A model generated the notes under the pieces. The model was given only the letters and a program-made list of their open reading frames with translations. It did no database searches and was not told the origin of the DNA. The position numbers and the translations under genes are program-made. Of a stretch of 64,000 nt of DNA, positions 18,620-28,618 are shown piece after piece. Position 1 is the first letter of the stretch. Every line of letters begins with the position of its first letter. Source of the stretch: a phage. Location: NCBI GenBank assembly GCA_024682255.1, contig GCA_024682255.1_4716.1. One strand, given 5' to 3'.

Positions 18620-20692
18620 ATGAGGCTTAAGAATAGCACGCCTCGCGCGATTTTTACGGGCTTTAAAGAGGGTCTTACCACGGATCCGGTTACAGCCCCA
18701 GAGATCACGCCCATTCACCTCCCGTATGTTTTCATTCAGGGTGGTCGTGGTAAAGAGGACACCTTGCTGTTAACAGGGGACGCCCTGTCTACAGTCTACG
18801 GTGAAGATATGCTGAACTACCGCAGTAAGTACGCTTCTCCAGCAACACTGATTGCTCGCCAGGCTGCTTCTACAGGTAGCGCGATCTTCACAAAACGTTT
18901 GGTTGCACCGGATGCAACGGCAGCACGCATCCGTATCGGTGTTGAAGTGGTCGCCGATAAACTGGTCGTTTACCAGCGTAACGCTGACGGGTCTTTCAAA
19001 AAGGACACCGGCGGCAACAAAATCCCTGACGGCGATAAAACCGTTGACGGGTTGAAAATGCGTTGGGTTGTTAACCACGACAAAGATGCCGAAACACCGA
19101 ATGCTTTCGGTAAAGATGAAGTGGTTCTCGGACAACTGACTGCAACAGGTGGTGCCCAGAGCAACTACTATCCTATTCTGGATGGATTGGTGAGCTGGCG
19201 TGGTGCTGACGGGGACAACATCGGCTTACGTCTGGAAGCACCGACCGCGCTGAGCAGTAACCCTACCCGTACCGATATTATCGAACGCATCGGTGCTTTC
19301 CTGTACCGCATTCAGTTCGTGGAACGCAAGTCTTCACGAACTGCGCCGACGGTCATTCGTACGATCGGCGGTATGGAACAAGAAACCTTCGCGTTGCAGG
19401 AAGGTGTTATCCAGCCTGATGACGAAACCGATCTGTCCTTCGGTAAAGTGGTCGTTGATGCCTACGAGTATAATGAAACGGGTAACACCCCAATCTTTGC
19501 TCCAATGGATCAGATGCATCTTTATCAGAAGAACATCGATGACGTCGTCAAGATGCTGTACGAATCTGAAAGCAAAGTTAACAACGATCTGTTAACCGAC
19601 GTCGAATTCGTCGAAGGTCAGATGAACATCTTCACCGGTGTCGATTACAACGGCATTCCGTATCAAACCATCGAAGTTCTCGATGCGGATCAGGGCGGTG
19701 CTATCTTCGACGGTACCAGCACCTTCTACGCGATCGATGGTAGCGACGGCGACGTCAGCTGGGATACCTTCGATGCGTTAGCGAAGCAGCAGTTCGAATC
19801 GTTCGGCAACATGGGCGAAGATCTGGAAGACATGGCTTTCTATCCGTTCTCTATCGTGTATGACATTGGTTACAAAGTCGACACGAAGAAAGCGATGGCA
19901 AACGTCTTGTCTCTGCGTCCGGATGTCATGATCATTGCGTCAACCCATACCTGGAAGGGTGTGGAACTGAATGTCGATGAAGAAAGCTCCATGGGCGCGA
20001 TGCTGCGTAACTACTATCGTCTGCATCCAGAAAGCGTGCTTTACAATACCCCAGCCTGTCGTGCTGCCGTATTCATGCAATACGGGGAGAGCATCGAAGC
20101 GCCAAGCCTGGGTAAAGTTCCGTTGACGCTGGAAGTTGCTAATAAACTCGCAACTTACATGGGTGCTTCGGATGGTGTTATCCGTGGTACTCGCATCGAT
20201 AACAACCCTGGTAACGTTGTCACAACGATGCGTAAAATCAACAAGACGTATCGTAACGCAACGGTCCGTGATCGTGATTGGGAAAACGGCTTGAACTATG
20301 TTCAGACCTACAACCGTAATTCCAACTTCTTCCCGGCTTGGGGCACGATCTACAATAACGACCGTTCGGTATGGCGTTCGTTGATCAACGTGATCATCGG
20401 TTGCGATCTGACTCGTGTCTGCTATCGTCTCTGGGCAGAAACCACCGGTACCACAGGAATGGATGAAGCGCTGTTCCTGAAACTGATGGGCGAACGCTTC
20501 CTGGAATACACCACGGGCCGTTACAACGACCATGTGACTGTTAAGGGGCGTTTCTACCTGGATAAAGAAGACGGCTATAACGGCTTCAGCTATCACGGCG
20601 ATATCAGCCTGATCGGCGATCCAGGCATGACCGTGGGTACGTTTACCATCACCGGGCTGCGTCGTAACACCGAAGCAGCAGAAGCGGCGTAA
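18620..20692 (+). CDS. putative tail sheath protein
   Basis: 690 aa (phiKZ-type sheath is about this size), strong SD, followed by ~300-aa gene and terminator; no motif-level proof. Confidence 0.45.
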   Translation: MRLKNSTPRAIFTGFKEGLTTDPVTAPEITPIHLPYVFIQGGRGKEDTLLLTGDALSTVYGEDMLNYRSKYASPATLIARQAASTGSAIFTKRLVAPDATAARIRIGVEVVADKLVVYQRNADGSFKKDTGGNKIPDGDKTVDGLKMRWVVNHDKDAETPNAFGKDEVVLGQLTATGGAQSNYYPILDGLVSWRGADGDNIGLRLEAPTALSSNPTRTDIIERIGAFLYRIQFVERKSSRTAPTVIRTIGGMEQETFALQEGVIQPDDETDLSFGKVVVDAYEYNETGNTPIFAPMDQMHLYQKNIDDVVKMLYESESKVNNDLLTDVEFVEGQMNIFTGVDYNGIPYQTIEVLDADQGGAIFDGTSTFYAIDGSDGDVSWDTFDALAKQQFESFGNMGEDLEDMAFYPFSIVYDIGYKVDTKKAMANVLSLRPDVMIIASTHTWKGVELNVDEESSMGAMLRNYYRLHPESVLYNTPACRAAVFMQYGESIEAPSLGKVPLTLEVANKLATYMGASDGVIRGTRIDNNPGNVVTTMRKINKTYRNATVRDRDWENGLNYVQTYNRNSNFFPAWGTIYNNDRSVWRSLINVIIGCDLTRVCYRLWAETTGTTGMDEALFLKLMGERFLEYTTGRYNDHVTVKGRFYLDKEDGYNGFSYHGDISLIGDPGMTVGTFTITGLRRNTEAAEAA

Positions 20693-20707
20693 TGAGAGGA
20701 GTCCATA

Positions 20708-21598
20708 ATGCGTCCTGATAATACCCTACTCGGTGAACAGGGTGTTGGTGCTCTTAGCAACGCGGCTATGGTCGATATTCGTGCGGGTGCCCAAAACGGG
20801 TACATCAGCAATATCGGTACGTACGTTGCTAACGCCAACTACATTCCGAACCAAATGTTCTGTCTCCTGCTGGAGGCACCACGTGGTTTCAACTATCTGC
20901 CTAACCCGGATGTACAGATTGGTTATCTGAAGGCGCTGGTAGAAGAGGTTGCGCATTCGATTACCGGTCTGCAACGCGGATTGGAAGTTGAATTCGTTAG
21001 CGTCCCGGTTTCTGGTTCCGGTGAAATCCAGGAAGAAGTCTCTGACGTTAAACGTCCTCGCTCTAACCCGACTTTCGGGATCTATGAGAAAGAAGGTCGT
21101 TCCGTTAGTTACTTCCTGGAACAATGGATCACGTATCTGTTGATGGATCCGGATGCCAAATATCCGATGTTGTCGTCTATCGTATCCACCGGTGGTCCAA
21201 CCGACCTGCTGGCGGATTATCGTAGCGCAACAATGCTGTTCGTTGAGCCAGACCGTCAACACAAGAAAGTGGTTAACGCCTGGCTGTGCACGAACATGAT
21301 GCCTCACGGTACCGGTGACTGGACATCACGTCGTAACAAGAACGATGCGCCAAACGTGGTAGAATTGAGCATTCAGTTCACCGCGTTAACACAGACCAAC
21401 TACGGCGTGCGTGCTTTTGCACAACGTCTGCTGGATAAGATGAACCTACTCAAAGTTAACCCGGATTTCCGTCCGGCTTATCTGAGCGACATCGATCCGG
21501 CTGTGGCGGCGCAGAAGGTTGGCTATACCTTCGACTTTGATAACAACGATACCTTTGAGGTACCGAATACTTATCAAAACGTAACACCTCGCGTGTAA
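20708..21598 (+). CDS. putative tail tube protein
   Basis: 296-aa ORF directly after sheath candidate; inference from order and size only. Confidence 0.35.
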   Translation: MRPDNTLLGEQGVGALSNAAMVDIRAGAQNGYISNIGTYVANANYIPNQMFCLLLEAPRGFNYLPNPDVQIGYLKALVEEVAHSITGLQRGLEVEFVSVPVSGSGEIQEEVSDVKRPRSNPTFGIYEKEGRSVSYFLEQWITYLLMDPDAKYPMLSSIVSTGGPTDLLADYRSATMLFVEPDRQHKKVVNAWLCTNMMPHGTGDWTSRRNKNDAPNVVELSIQFTALTQTNYGVRAFAQRLLDKMNLLKVNPDFRPAYLSDIDPAVAAQKVGYTFDFDNNDTFEVPNTYQNVTPRV

Positions 21599-21624
21599 CG
21601 TAAAAAAAAAAGCATATTAACCTC

Positions 21625-21661
21625 CCTTCCTTCCCTAGCCGTCAAGGCCGGGGAAGGAAGG
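21625..21661. terminator. bidirectional terminator: 11-bp stem ccttccttccc/gggaaggaagg, TTTATGG on plus side, A10 tract (U10 on minus) on the other
   Basis: inverted repeat plus flanking homopolymer at 21603-21612. Confidence 0.55.
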
Positions 21662-21673
21662 TTTATGGTTTAT

Positions 21674-22213
21674 TTACTGTGTGTTCTTAGCTTCACGAAT
21701 GAAAATAACATCAGGATATTCTTGAGATTCAATGAATTCAGGATTACGATAACGACGAATATGACGCATCGTTGTACAAGCAAGTTTGTAAAGATGTTCC
21801 TCCTCACGTTGTGTTAATAACATCAGTTGCGCGTCTGGGATCACGAATGGGAGTCTTTCATTCACATATTCCCGAAGGTCATCGAGATCATCGTGATGAA
21901 TGCCCTCTGAGAGCTTATATAACGCTTCCAGCAATTCTAATCCACCGAACTGGTAACTTCCTATTGTCGTCTTAAACAATGCGCCAGAACGCGTGGTGGA
22001 TGCTCTATCGGCGACATCGTATTGTTCTAACATATATCCGTAGACCATGCTACGTCGATCCAGGGTATCCGTAACGAGATTACGCCACCGTTCCAATCTT
22101 TCGAGCGCTTTGTCGATAGAGTAAACGATCATGCCATGTTCATCCAACTCTTCCGCAATACCCAATAGTTCATTGTTGTTAGGTTTTGCTGCACCGATAA
22201 GAAAAACACTCAT
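21674..22213 (-). CDS. hypothetical protein
   Basis: 179-aa ORF. Confidence 0.5.
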   Translation of the reverse strand: MSVFLIGAAKPNNNELLGIAEELDEHGMIVYSIDKALERLERWRNLVTDTLDRRSMVYGYMLEQYDVADRASTTRSGALFKTTIGSYQFGGLELLEALYKLSEGIHHDDLDDLREYVNERLPFVIPDAQLMLLTQREEEHLYKLACTTMRHIRRYRNPEFIESQEYPDVIFIREAKNTQ

Positions 22214-22626
22214 TACTCAAACTCCTTATTCCAAAACTCGATTAATGAATCGAGCTGTTCCTTACTGGTTATCTCACCTCCCCTAACAAAATGAAATCGT
22301 TCTTGAATGGCGATCTTTTCCAGGATATCGGTAAGCAAATGACGGTGACAGAAATTTCCTGCAGGACAATAACACCCTAACACCACAACCGGATGGGAGA
22401 ATAAAGCCAACCATTCCGGTGTATGATCAACAAAGCTTTTGCGCATAAGCGTGTAGTAGCCTGCGGTATATTCATCCTCGGTTAACGTTTTTGATTTGAT
22501 TCCTGTAACAAGTTCCCATGAAGGTGCGAAGAGCGGGTTACCTGTTTTCACCGTCGTGTCCAGTAGGAACGCTCGTGTGTCTGAAAGCCAACGATACTTG
22601 GCTAATTGAAGGGTGTATAAAAACAC
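22213..22626 (-). CDS. hypothetical protein (GTG start in track; true start uncertain)
   Basis: 137-aa ORF. Confidence 0.4.
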   Translation of the reverse strand: MFLYTLQLAKYRWLSDTRAFLLDTTVKTGNPLFAPSWELVTGIKSKTLTEDEYTAGYYTLMRKSFVDHTPEWLALFSHPVVVLGCYCPAGNFCHRHLLTDILEKIAIQERFHFVRGGEITSKEQLDSLIEFWNKEFE

Positions 22627-22729
22627 AGCGCTAACCCCAAAGGATAAAAATAAAACCTTGACATAACCACCACCGCAACCCCATACAGGGCTACGGTGGG
22701 GTCATACAGAGAGACGTGTTAAGTTACAA

Positions 22730-23209
22730 TCAGTCTTTCAGCAGCTCAGCTGCATACGCACTGATGTTGTCGCGAATATGCTTAACCTGAGTTGTTGGGA
22801 AAGATTTCTTATACGCGGTGGTCAGGCGTCCGTAAACCTGTTTCTTCTCGTTAGAGCCGAAACCAACTTCAGCGCTACGTTGAACCGTTGCAGACACAAC
22901 GTCTTTGCCCAGCGGCAGGGTTACAGAAACAACGTCAACCTGTTTGTTATCCGCCATGAACTGCGCGCCAACGCGGCCAACCGCCAGACCGTGAGCCAGA
23001 CCGATATCGGTGGTCAGTTTCTGTGCTTTTTCCAGGATTTCTTTTTCTTCCGGTGTTACCAGAGTACCCAGGAAATCACTGCCCAGCTTCTGGCTACCAG
23101 ATTCGTCCAGTTTAATACCAGCGGCGATTTTATCAGAAAGAGCCTGAACTTCCGGACGTACGTTAGAAGTGGTTTCAGTCGCTACGGTGGTTTCTACAGC
23201 TTCAGACAT
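22730..23209 (-). CDS. hypothetical protein
   Basis: 159-aa ORF, SD present. Confidence 0.5.
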   Translation of the reverse strand: MSEAVETTVATETTSNVRPEVQALSDKIAAGIKLDESGSQKLGSDFLGTLVTPEEKEILEKAQKLTTDIGLAHGLAVGRVGAQFMADNKQVDVVSVTLPLGKDVVSATVQRSAEVGFGSNEKKQVYGRLTTAYKKSFPTTQVKHIRDNISAYAAELLKD

Positions 23210-23344
23210 GTTAATACTCCAATTAGTTTTTTCGATCGATCAAAAGGATAAAATCAGAAGATTGTTTCTTCATAGGGAAAACACAAGTCGGTTAAGGTTT
23301 ACTTCTTAAACTCCTTGCGTTCTATCAGTTAGGTAATATAGACC

Positions 23345-24145
23345 TCAACTTTTTTCCAATAATGCCGCAACGTTCCGCGCGAAACGAATCACCTTGTAAT
23401 TGCGGGTCTGTTTGATATCTTCTTCCCCATCATTGTCACCTTCGGACGGATCTTCCCACATGAAGTCTTGTTCATCTGCTTTCTGTAAGTAGCGGTATAA
23501 CTGCACCATACTGCGTGCGGTCGGAGAGATAGCGCGAAGCTCATCCAATTCTTCATCCGTCAACAGAACGTGCGGTGAACGCAGTGGTTCCATTGTCGTA
23601 TTACACAACAGACGAATCAGCAGATCGACACACGGAATAACAGAACCTGGCGATGCGATTTCTGGATGTAACGTATAACCCCAATATACGGTGTTAAAAT
23701 ACGTCAAAACAGCAGGTAGTGACGGATGTTCCATCGCACGACCAATTTGTTGTCTTACGATAGATGCACGATCGTTCAACACATCGAAAGTAATCTGCTG
23801 CGGTTCCATAACCGCAAGTGAAATACCGTACGCGTCAGCCACGCCCAGGATTTCATGAAGGGTCGAACGTTCTTCTTCGGCGGATATTGTCCCGATTGCC
23901 TTACGTCCTGCAAGGTCAATCAGCATCGGTGAAACAGCTTCTTTAACCGCATTAAAAGAAGCCTGGTAAGCGTGTTTATGAATATACAGTGTCCACGCTA
24001 ATGCGCGCTCAGCCGCATGAAGCAGATCGACATAAGACAGTTCTTGATGGCATGGGCCATACACACTCACAGCAAGCTTGGTGGCTTTCTCAGAGGCTTG
24101 CATAATAACATCTGGTGATTTAGGCATATCGCGTTCTTCTTGCAT
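23345..24145 (-). CDS. hypothetical protein
   Basis: 266-aa ORF. Confidence 0.5.
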   Translation of the reverse strand: MQEERDMPKSPDVIMQASEKATKLAVSVYGPCHQELSYVDLLHAAERALAWTLYIHKHAYQASFNAVKEAVSPMLIDLAGRKAIGTISAEEERSTLHEILGVADAYGISLAVMEPQQITFDVLNDRASIVRQQIGRAMEHPSLPAVLTYFNTVYWGYTLHPEIASPGSVIPCVDLLIRLLCNTTMEPLRSPHVLLTDEELDELRAISPTARSMVQLYRYLQKADEQDFMWEDPSEGDNDGEEDIKQTRNYKVIRFARNVAALLEKS

Positions 24146-24249
24146 CTTTTTAAATTCCTACTTAACAATAAAGTTCATATACGGCGTATGTATCCGTAGA
24201 ATAATGGGTTCTGGTAAGATCTTACATCAAAATGACGGCATAAAAAGTA

Positions 24250-24275
24250 CCTCCTTACCCATGTGGGTAAGGAGG
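24250..24275 (-). terminator. 12-bp stem hairpin cctccttaccca/tgggtaaggagg followed on minus strand by TTTTTATGCCG
   Basis: inverted repeat and motif read directly. Confidence 0.5.
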
Positions 24276-24427
24276 TTCGTCCATCACGACGAAAGGACGT
24301 TATGTGACGCGGTGTCCATAACGGCCCTGGTAGCAGGCATTAAAGATAACAAAAAGGATGTAAGTTGAGCTAAACCACCTAAATACGGTAACGATTACTT
24401 CCGTACACAATATAACGCAACATCTTT

Positions 24428-25237
24428 TTACCAATGATTAAAGCTGCCCGCTTTAACGACGTCGCAACGCAGATGGTTACGTAACTGATCCAGGAAGACA
24501 ACCGGACTGTCGCCAGACAACATGGCCAGCGCGTGTTGACCACCGGAACGAACAACAAGCTCATCAACCATTGGTGCTGTGATCGGGAGATCGTACGCAT
24601 CCATGATTGCTTTGGCTTCCTGTTCTACGTCTTTCTGGAACCCTTCCATCGTCGGAGAGTCATATTTGGTTGCAAACTCGATCCCAGGTAAGTTAACGTA
24701 ATCGTAAGTCATGACACGGGTCATAACACGACGGCGTTCACGCTGCCAGATCTGAGGATCGGTTAACGCGCGAACAGAAAAACACACGTTCACCAGCGGC
24801 GTTTCAAAATCTTTACGTAATGGATCACCGTACGGTCCGCAAGGAATAACATCCCCCATCACCATCACGACAGGACGCCCACGACGATCACGTCCAGCTT
24901 CTTCTAACCAAATCTTAGAAAAACAATGGCTTACCTTCGTTTCTTCGATTCGTAATGCTCGCTGCAAAAAGCTGGTTGCATCCTGACCGATCTCTGGTTT
25001 AGGGTGACCGTATTCACCTTTCAACGAACGATTGCGTGCGTTTGTTTGCAGTAAGCTGTTTTCCAGGAACAGCGGTTTCGAACGCTCAAGTTCGTAATAC
25101 TCTTCGGTATTGTTAAAACAGTTAAATCCGCCTATAACACAGGTGTAGGCACCGTCAGCATTAGGACGGATAATACCTTTCTTATTCACACCAAGATAAC
25201 TGGTGCAAACAAGATTACTAATTGGTGGTTGCATCAT
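24428..25237 (-). CDS. hypothetical protein
   Basis: 269-aa ORF. Confidence 0.5.
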   Translation of the reverse strand: MMQPPISNLVCTSYLGVNKKGIIRPNADGAYTCVIGGFNCFNNTEEYYELERSKPLFLENSLLQTNARNRSLKGEYGHPKPEIGQDATSFLQRALRIEETKVSHCFSKIWLEEAGRDRRGRPVVMVMGDVIPCGPYGDPLRKDFETPLVNVCFSVRALTDPQIWQRERRRVMTRVMTYDYVNLPGIEFATKYDSPTMEGFQKDVEQEAKAIMDAYDLPITAPMVDELVVRSGGQHALAMLSGDSPVVFLDQLRNHLRCDVVKAGSFNHW

Positions 25238-25316
25238 AACCCCTTTATAAGCAACTGAATGAAAAAAGCGTTACATTCCCGCTTTTACGTCAAGAAGGTG
25301 ACGCGTAAGCGTTATA

Positions 25317-26048
25317 TCACCATTCATACGATCCGGCGCACTGATGCCCCAATAGTACCAACGCGTCGTCTTTGGCAGCTAGGTATTTTTCTAACGTTAT
25401 CCGTGAAACAGACACATTAGAGAAATCCATCACGCCTAAGCGATGATCGTAATGGTTAATTTGCATCCGGTAATAACCTTTCTTTACCACCAGAAACTCG
25501 CCTTGACGCAACCATAGCGGAACGTTGTCAACCTCCGCATGGATATAAAACACCGGACATTCTGTCGTAACAGAGTTTTCCTTTCCATCGCTATCTGTAA
25601 TTTTCCCTTTGGGAACAGCCGCGATAAAACATTCTCCGATACGCTCGGTTTGATACCTGTTTGGATAACGCGGATCGTGAAATAACCAGTGCTCATCGCT
25701 AATATCAACATCGGATAATAACGTACGATGCGGACGTAGGGCGATATCAAACGGAACACGATAAATAACGTACCCGCCTAACCAACGGGCTAAGTGACCA
25801 CCGGAATAGTACTGCTTGATTGCGGTACTGTAACCGTATATACAACCCATCAAACTGCTGGATACACAGATCCTTGGAAACGACCCGTCTTCCATACGCA
25901 AGGTACGTTGAGGGATACGCGGCATCATCGTTTTCAGTTCGGTGTCGGTGCTGATATGCAATAAACCGAAAGGAAGCGTTTTACTCGGTACCCACGCGCA
26001 ACGTTCCATGATCGCTCTTGGGACAATAGTCTCGATAGACGATAACAT
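25317..26048 (-). CDS. hypothetical protein
   Basis: 243-aa ORF. Confidence 0.5.
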   Translation of the reverse strand: MLSSIETIVPRAIMERCAWVPSKTLPFGLLHISTDTELKTMMPRIPQRTLRMEDGSFPRICVSSSLMGCIYGYSTAIKQYYSGGHLARWLGGYVIYRVPFDIALRPHRTLLSDVDISDEHWLFHDPRYPNRYQTERIGECFIAAVPKGKITDSDGKENSVTTECPVFYIHAEVDNVPLWLRQGEFLVVKKGYYRMQINHYDHRLGVMDFSNVSVSRITLEKYLAAKDDALVLLGHQCAGSYEW

Positions 26049-26049
26049 A

Positions 26050-26760
26050 TCACCCCCTCAGAATCGCTTCTGTTTCGCTGATCGTATCCGCAGGATAAAC
26101 CAAACTACTATCGATTGCGTTATTCACGTAACCACCCATTAAGTTGGTGATGGTGTTTGTACCGCTATCGATAATGTTTCGTAATCCGATGTCGATGGCT
26201 TTTAACGTACTGCGTTCTTCATCCGAAAGCAAACGCCACGCTCGACGACGATCGTTGGGGTCACGTGTGGTGATAGACGCCAGAACAGAATAGATGCTGC
26301 TGTCTGCGTTCAATTTAACGCCAGCCAATTTCGCTGACGTATAGAGCAGCTGATATTTTTCTTTCTCAGTGTACCACCATGGCACCTTACCGAGCGTATA
26401 GATCTCGTTATACATCAGCCATGGGAAAGAGTTTCGCATCACGACATCGGTCGACACCAACACCGTGTCGCCGGGAAGAAACACAAATTCATAAAACGGC
26501 TGACCATCCATGGTAATTTCACGGATGTCAGACGGGTCGATATGGAGCTGGGTCAATGCGTGGCTGACACCATACTGTCCATCAGGAAGAATAATCGGGC
26601 AGCACGCACAAACCCGGTTCTCACTCCCGATGATAGATAAACCCAATCCCTCGTAACGGACGGGTGTCAGAATCGAACACCCGCCACGAGTAACAACAGA
26701 TTTATCTTCTTGTATGTCCCAGTCCGCAAGCACCGCAGCACCGTTGCGGACAAGCGCCAT
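26050..26760 (-). CDS. hypothetical protein
   Basis: 236-aa ORF, tightly abutting neighbours. Confidence 0.5.
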   Translation of the reverse strand: MALVRNGAAVLADWDIQEDKSVVTRGGCSILTPVRYEGLGLSIIGSENRVCACCPIILPDGQYGVSHALTQLHIDPSDIREITMDGQPFYEFVFLPGDTVLVSTDVVMRNSFPWLMYNEIYTLGKVPWWYTEKEKYQLLYTSAKLAGVKLNADSSIYSVLASITTRDPNDRRRAWRLLSDEERSTLKAIDIGLRNIIDSGTNTITNLMGGYVNNAIDSSLVYPADTISETEAILRG

Positions 26761-28284
26761 TTACACCTCGCTAATCTGGATAACGTAAAGCTGCTGGGCC
26801 ACGTAATCGGTGGTCAGATGCATCGTTGCGATGGTCGCTGCTTCGAACACCGTGAGTTCAGGACGTTCACGCATAATCAAATCGATCTCGTCGATGAGAC
26901 GGTTAACGCCTTGAGCGTCTTCGTGATGCATCGTTTTCACGTAGAGCGTACGGAAATACTGCTGGAAATTAGCTACGTCGGTATCGGTAAGGTTAGCAAC
27001 TTCACCACGCACAATTTCCATGACCTTCTTACGGGTATCTTCATCGAGGTCTACCGTAATCAGGTCAGCAAATACACCCTGCAATGCCAACGCATATGCA
27101 CGTAAGCGGTTTGCGGCTTGCTGGCTGGCTTTCATGTTGATGTAGTTACGGTAATGCTGCATGAAGCCCGCACCGTTAGCCAGCAGTTCATCTTTACTGA
27201 TGAGTTCACGTTCTAACAGCACAGCTGCGGTCAGTGCTTCCGGCGAACCACCTTCTTGCAGATAACCCATGTAGACGTCTGCGTTAACGAAAATCGTCAT
27301 CGTTGACGCGTCTTCAGCACGTTGAATCTGAGAAGCTGACGGTGCAGAAAGAATCAGTTCACCACGCTCCATACGCAGGATACGATCGCGACCGACGCGG
27401 GCCATCCCGTTGATCGCCGCAGCGCGAGCTTGTTGCATTTTAGCACGGTAGTTTTCAAGCATCATGTCGTTGCCGTCCTGGATATCTTCCAGCAGGTTAA
27501 CGGCCCACATATAGCAGAGGAATGCAGGAGTTGCCGCAGCGCGGGAACCGTGGAATGCAACGTTATCGCTATCCGGATATGTAATCAGATAAGCGGTGTT
27601 GTTCGAAGAAGGAGCAGAACCACGGAAGAAATAGTTGTAGATGTCTTCCAATGCCTGATCGCTCATCCCTTCCGTTGCTTGCTGTACAAAACGATCCAGG
27701 TTTTCATTACCGGTATACAGCAACGTACGCAGCTTATCACCGGTGATAAACGCAAGCTTTCCGGTTGGGGTGAAATCGTTATTAATCGAAATCAAGCCGT
27801 TGAGATCGTAATCGCTAACTAATGCCTGGTACTCTTCGGAGTTATAAAACTCAGGATAGTAACTCAGACTTACTGTCGGGATCAGTTTCGGTGCCAGGAT
27901 GATCGAATCAATGCGTTTTTCCAGTTCCGGGTACAGCGCACGGCATTTCGGCAGGATGGTATTACGCGCCAACTCTTTGGCATACACCACTTTTTCCACC
28001 ACGTCTTGAACTGCGGTCTGTAAAACTTCATCGTGGATATAAACCTCGCGTTCGCTGGCAGGTGCTACAACGCCATCTTCGGTTTCATCAAGTGTTTCAG
28101 CAACAACCATACGTTCAGCACTAAGCTGCACCAACGCATCCGCATCTTCCGGCGGCTGGTTCCAATGCATGGTTTCACAAACCGCGGCTAACGGCGTGCC
28201 CGGAATGGCTGCGACGATTTGGTTACGTTTGATAAACCCTTCGACAATGGGCTCAACGGCATAAACGGTTTTATTGGTGATCAT
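26761..28284 (-). CDS. hypothetical protein
   Basis: 507-aa ORF immediately downstream of RNAP cluster. Confidence 0.5.
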   Translation of the reverse strand: MITNKTVYAVEPIVEGFIKRNQIVAAIPGTPLAAVCETMHWNQPPEDADALVQLSAERMVVAETLDETEDGVVAPASEREVYIHDEVLQTAVQDVVEKVVYAKELARNTILPKCRALYPELEKRIDSIILAPKLIPTVSLSYYPEFYNSEEYQALVSDYDLNGLISINNDFTPTGKLAFITGDKLRTLLYTGNENLDRFVQQATEGMSDQALEDIYNYFFRGSAPSSNNTAYLITYPDSDNVAFHGSRAAATPAFLCYMWAVNLLEDIQDGNDMMLENYRAKMQQARAAAINGMARVGRDRILRMERGELILSAPSASQIQRAEDASTMTIFVNADVYMGYLQEGGSPEALTAAVLLERELISKDELLANGAGFMQHYRNYINMKASQQAANRLRAYALALQGVFADLITVDLDEDTRKKVMEIVRGEVANLTDTDVANFQQYFRTLYVKTMHHEDAQGVNRLIDEIDLIMRERPELTVFEAATIATMHLTTDYVAQQLYVIQISEV

Positions 28285-28517
28285 TACTGCGCTCCCTCCA
28301 ACGCATTACTACCTACGGGTTCTTTGGTTTCCAGACGGCTGTTTAAGCGCGCAGCAACCGCATCTTCCAATCCCAACGGCATAACCTTTTTGTTCACGTC
28401 AGGATCGGCGGCATCATTACCAACGGTTTGACGTACGACCTCAGCAACCAACGTTACCGCGTTCGTCAGCGCAACAAAGCTCGCTGCCCGAGCCGTGTTA
28501 AGTTGTTCTTGGTTCAT
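28284..28517 (-). CDS. hypothetical small protein
   Basis: 77-aa ORF with AAAAGGAAAAG SD region. Confidence 0.4.
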   Translation of the reverse strand: MNQEQLNTARAASFVALTNAVTLVAEVVRQTVGNDAADPDVNKKVMPLGLEDAVAARLNSRLETKEPVGSNALEGAQ

Positions 28518-28548
28518 TCACTTTTCCTTTTAATGTCAGAGCATCGCA

Positions 28549-28568
28549 TTCTTGACGTACGTCAAGAA
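28549..28568. promoter_or_regulatory. 20-bp perfect palindrome ttcttgacgtacgtcaagaa
   Basis: read directly; between RNAP beta-like gene terminator and next gene. Confidence 0.35.
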
Positions 28569-28592
28569 GGTACTGCGTTCAGCGAAATAAAC

Positions 28593-28618
28593 GAGCAGGG
28601 GCATGACGCCCCCTGCTC
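28593..28618 (-). terminator. hairpin gagcagggg/cccctgctc abutting stop codon of beta-like gene, followed by GTTTATTTCGC
   Basis: inverted repeat. Confidence 0.5.

Noticed and set aside
11061-20596. Antisense or alternate-frame ORFs inside the terminase, structural and sheath genes (for example 11573-11968, 15911-16192, 19940-20596)
   Set aside because: They overlap longer ORFs that have motif or contextual support and have no independent start signals.
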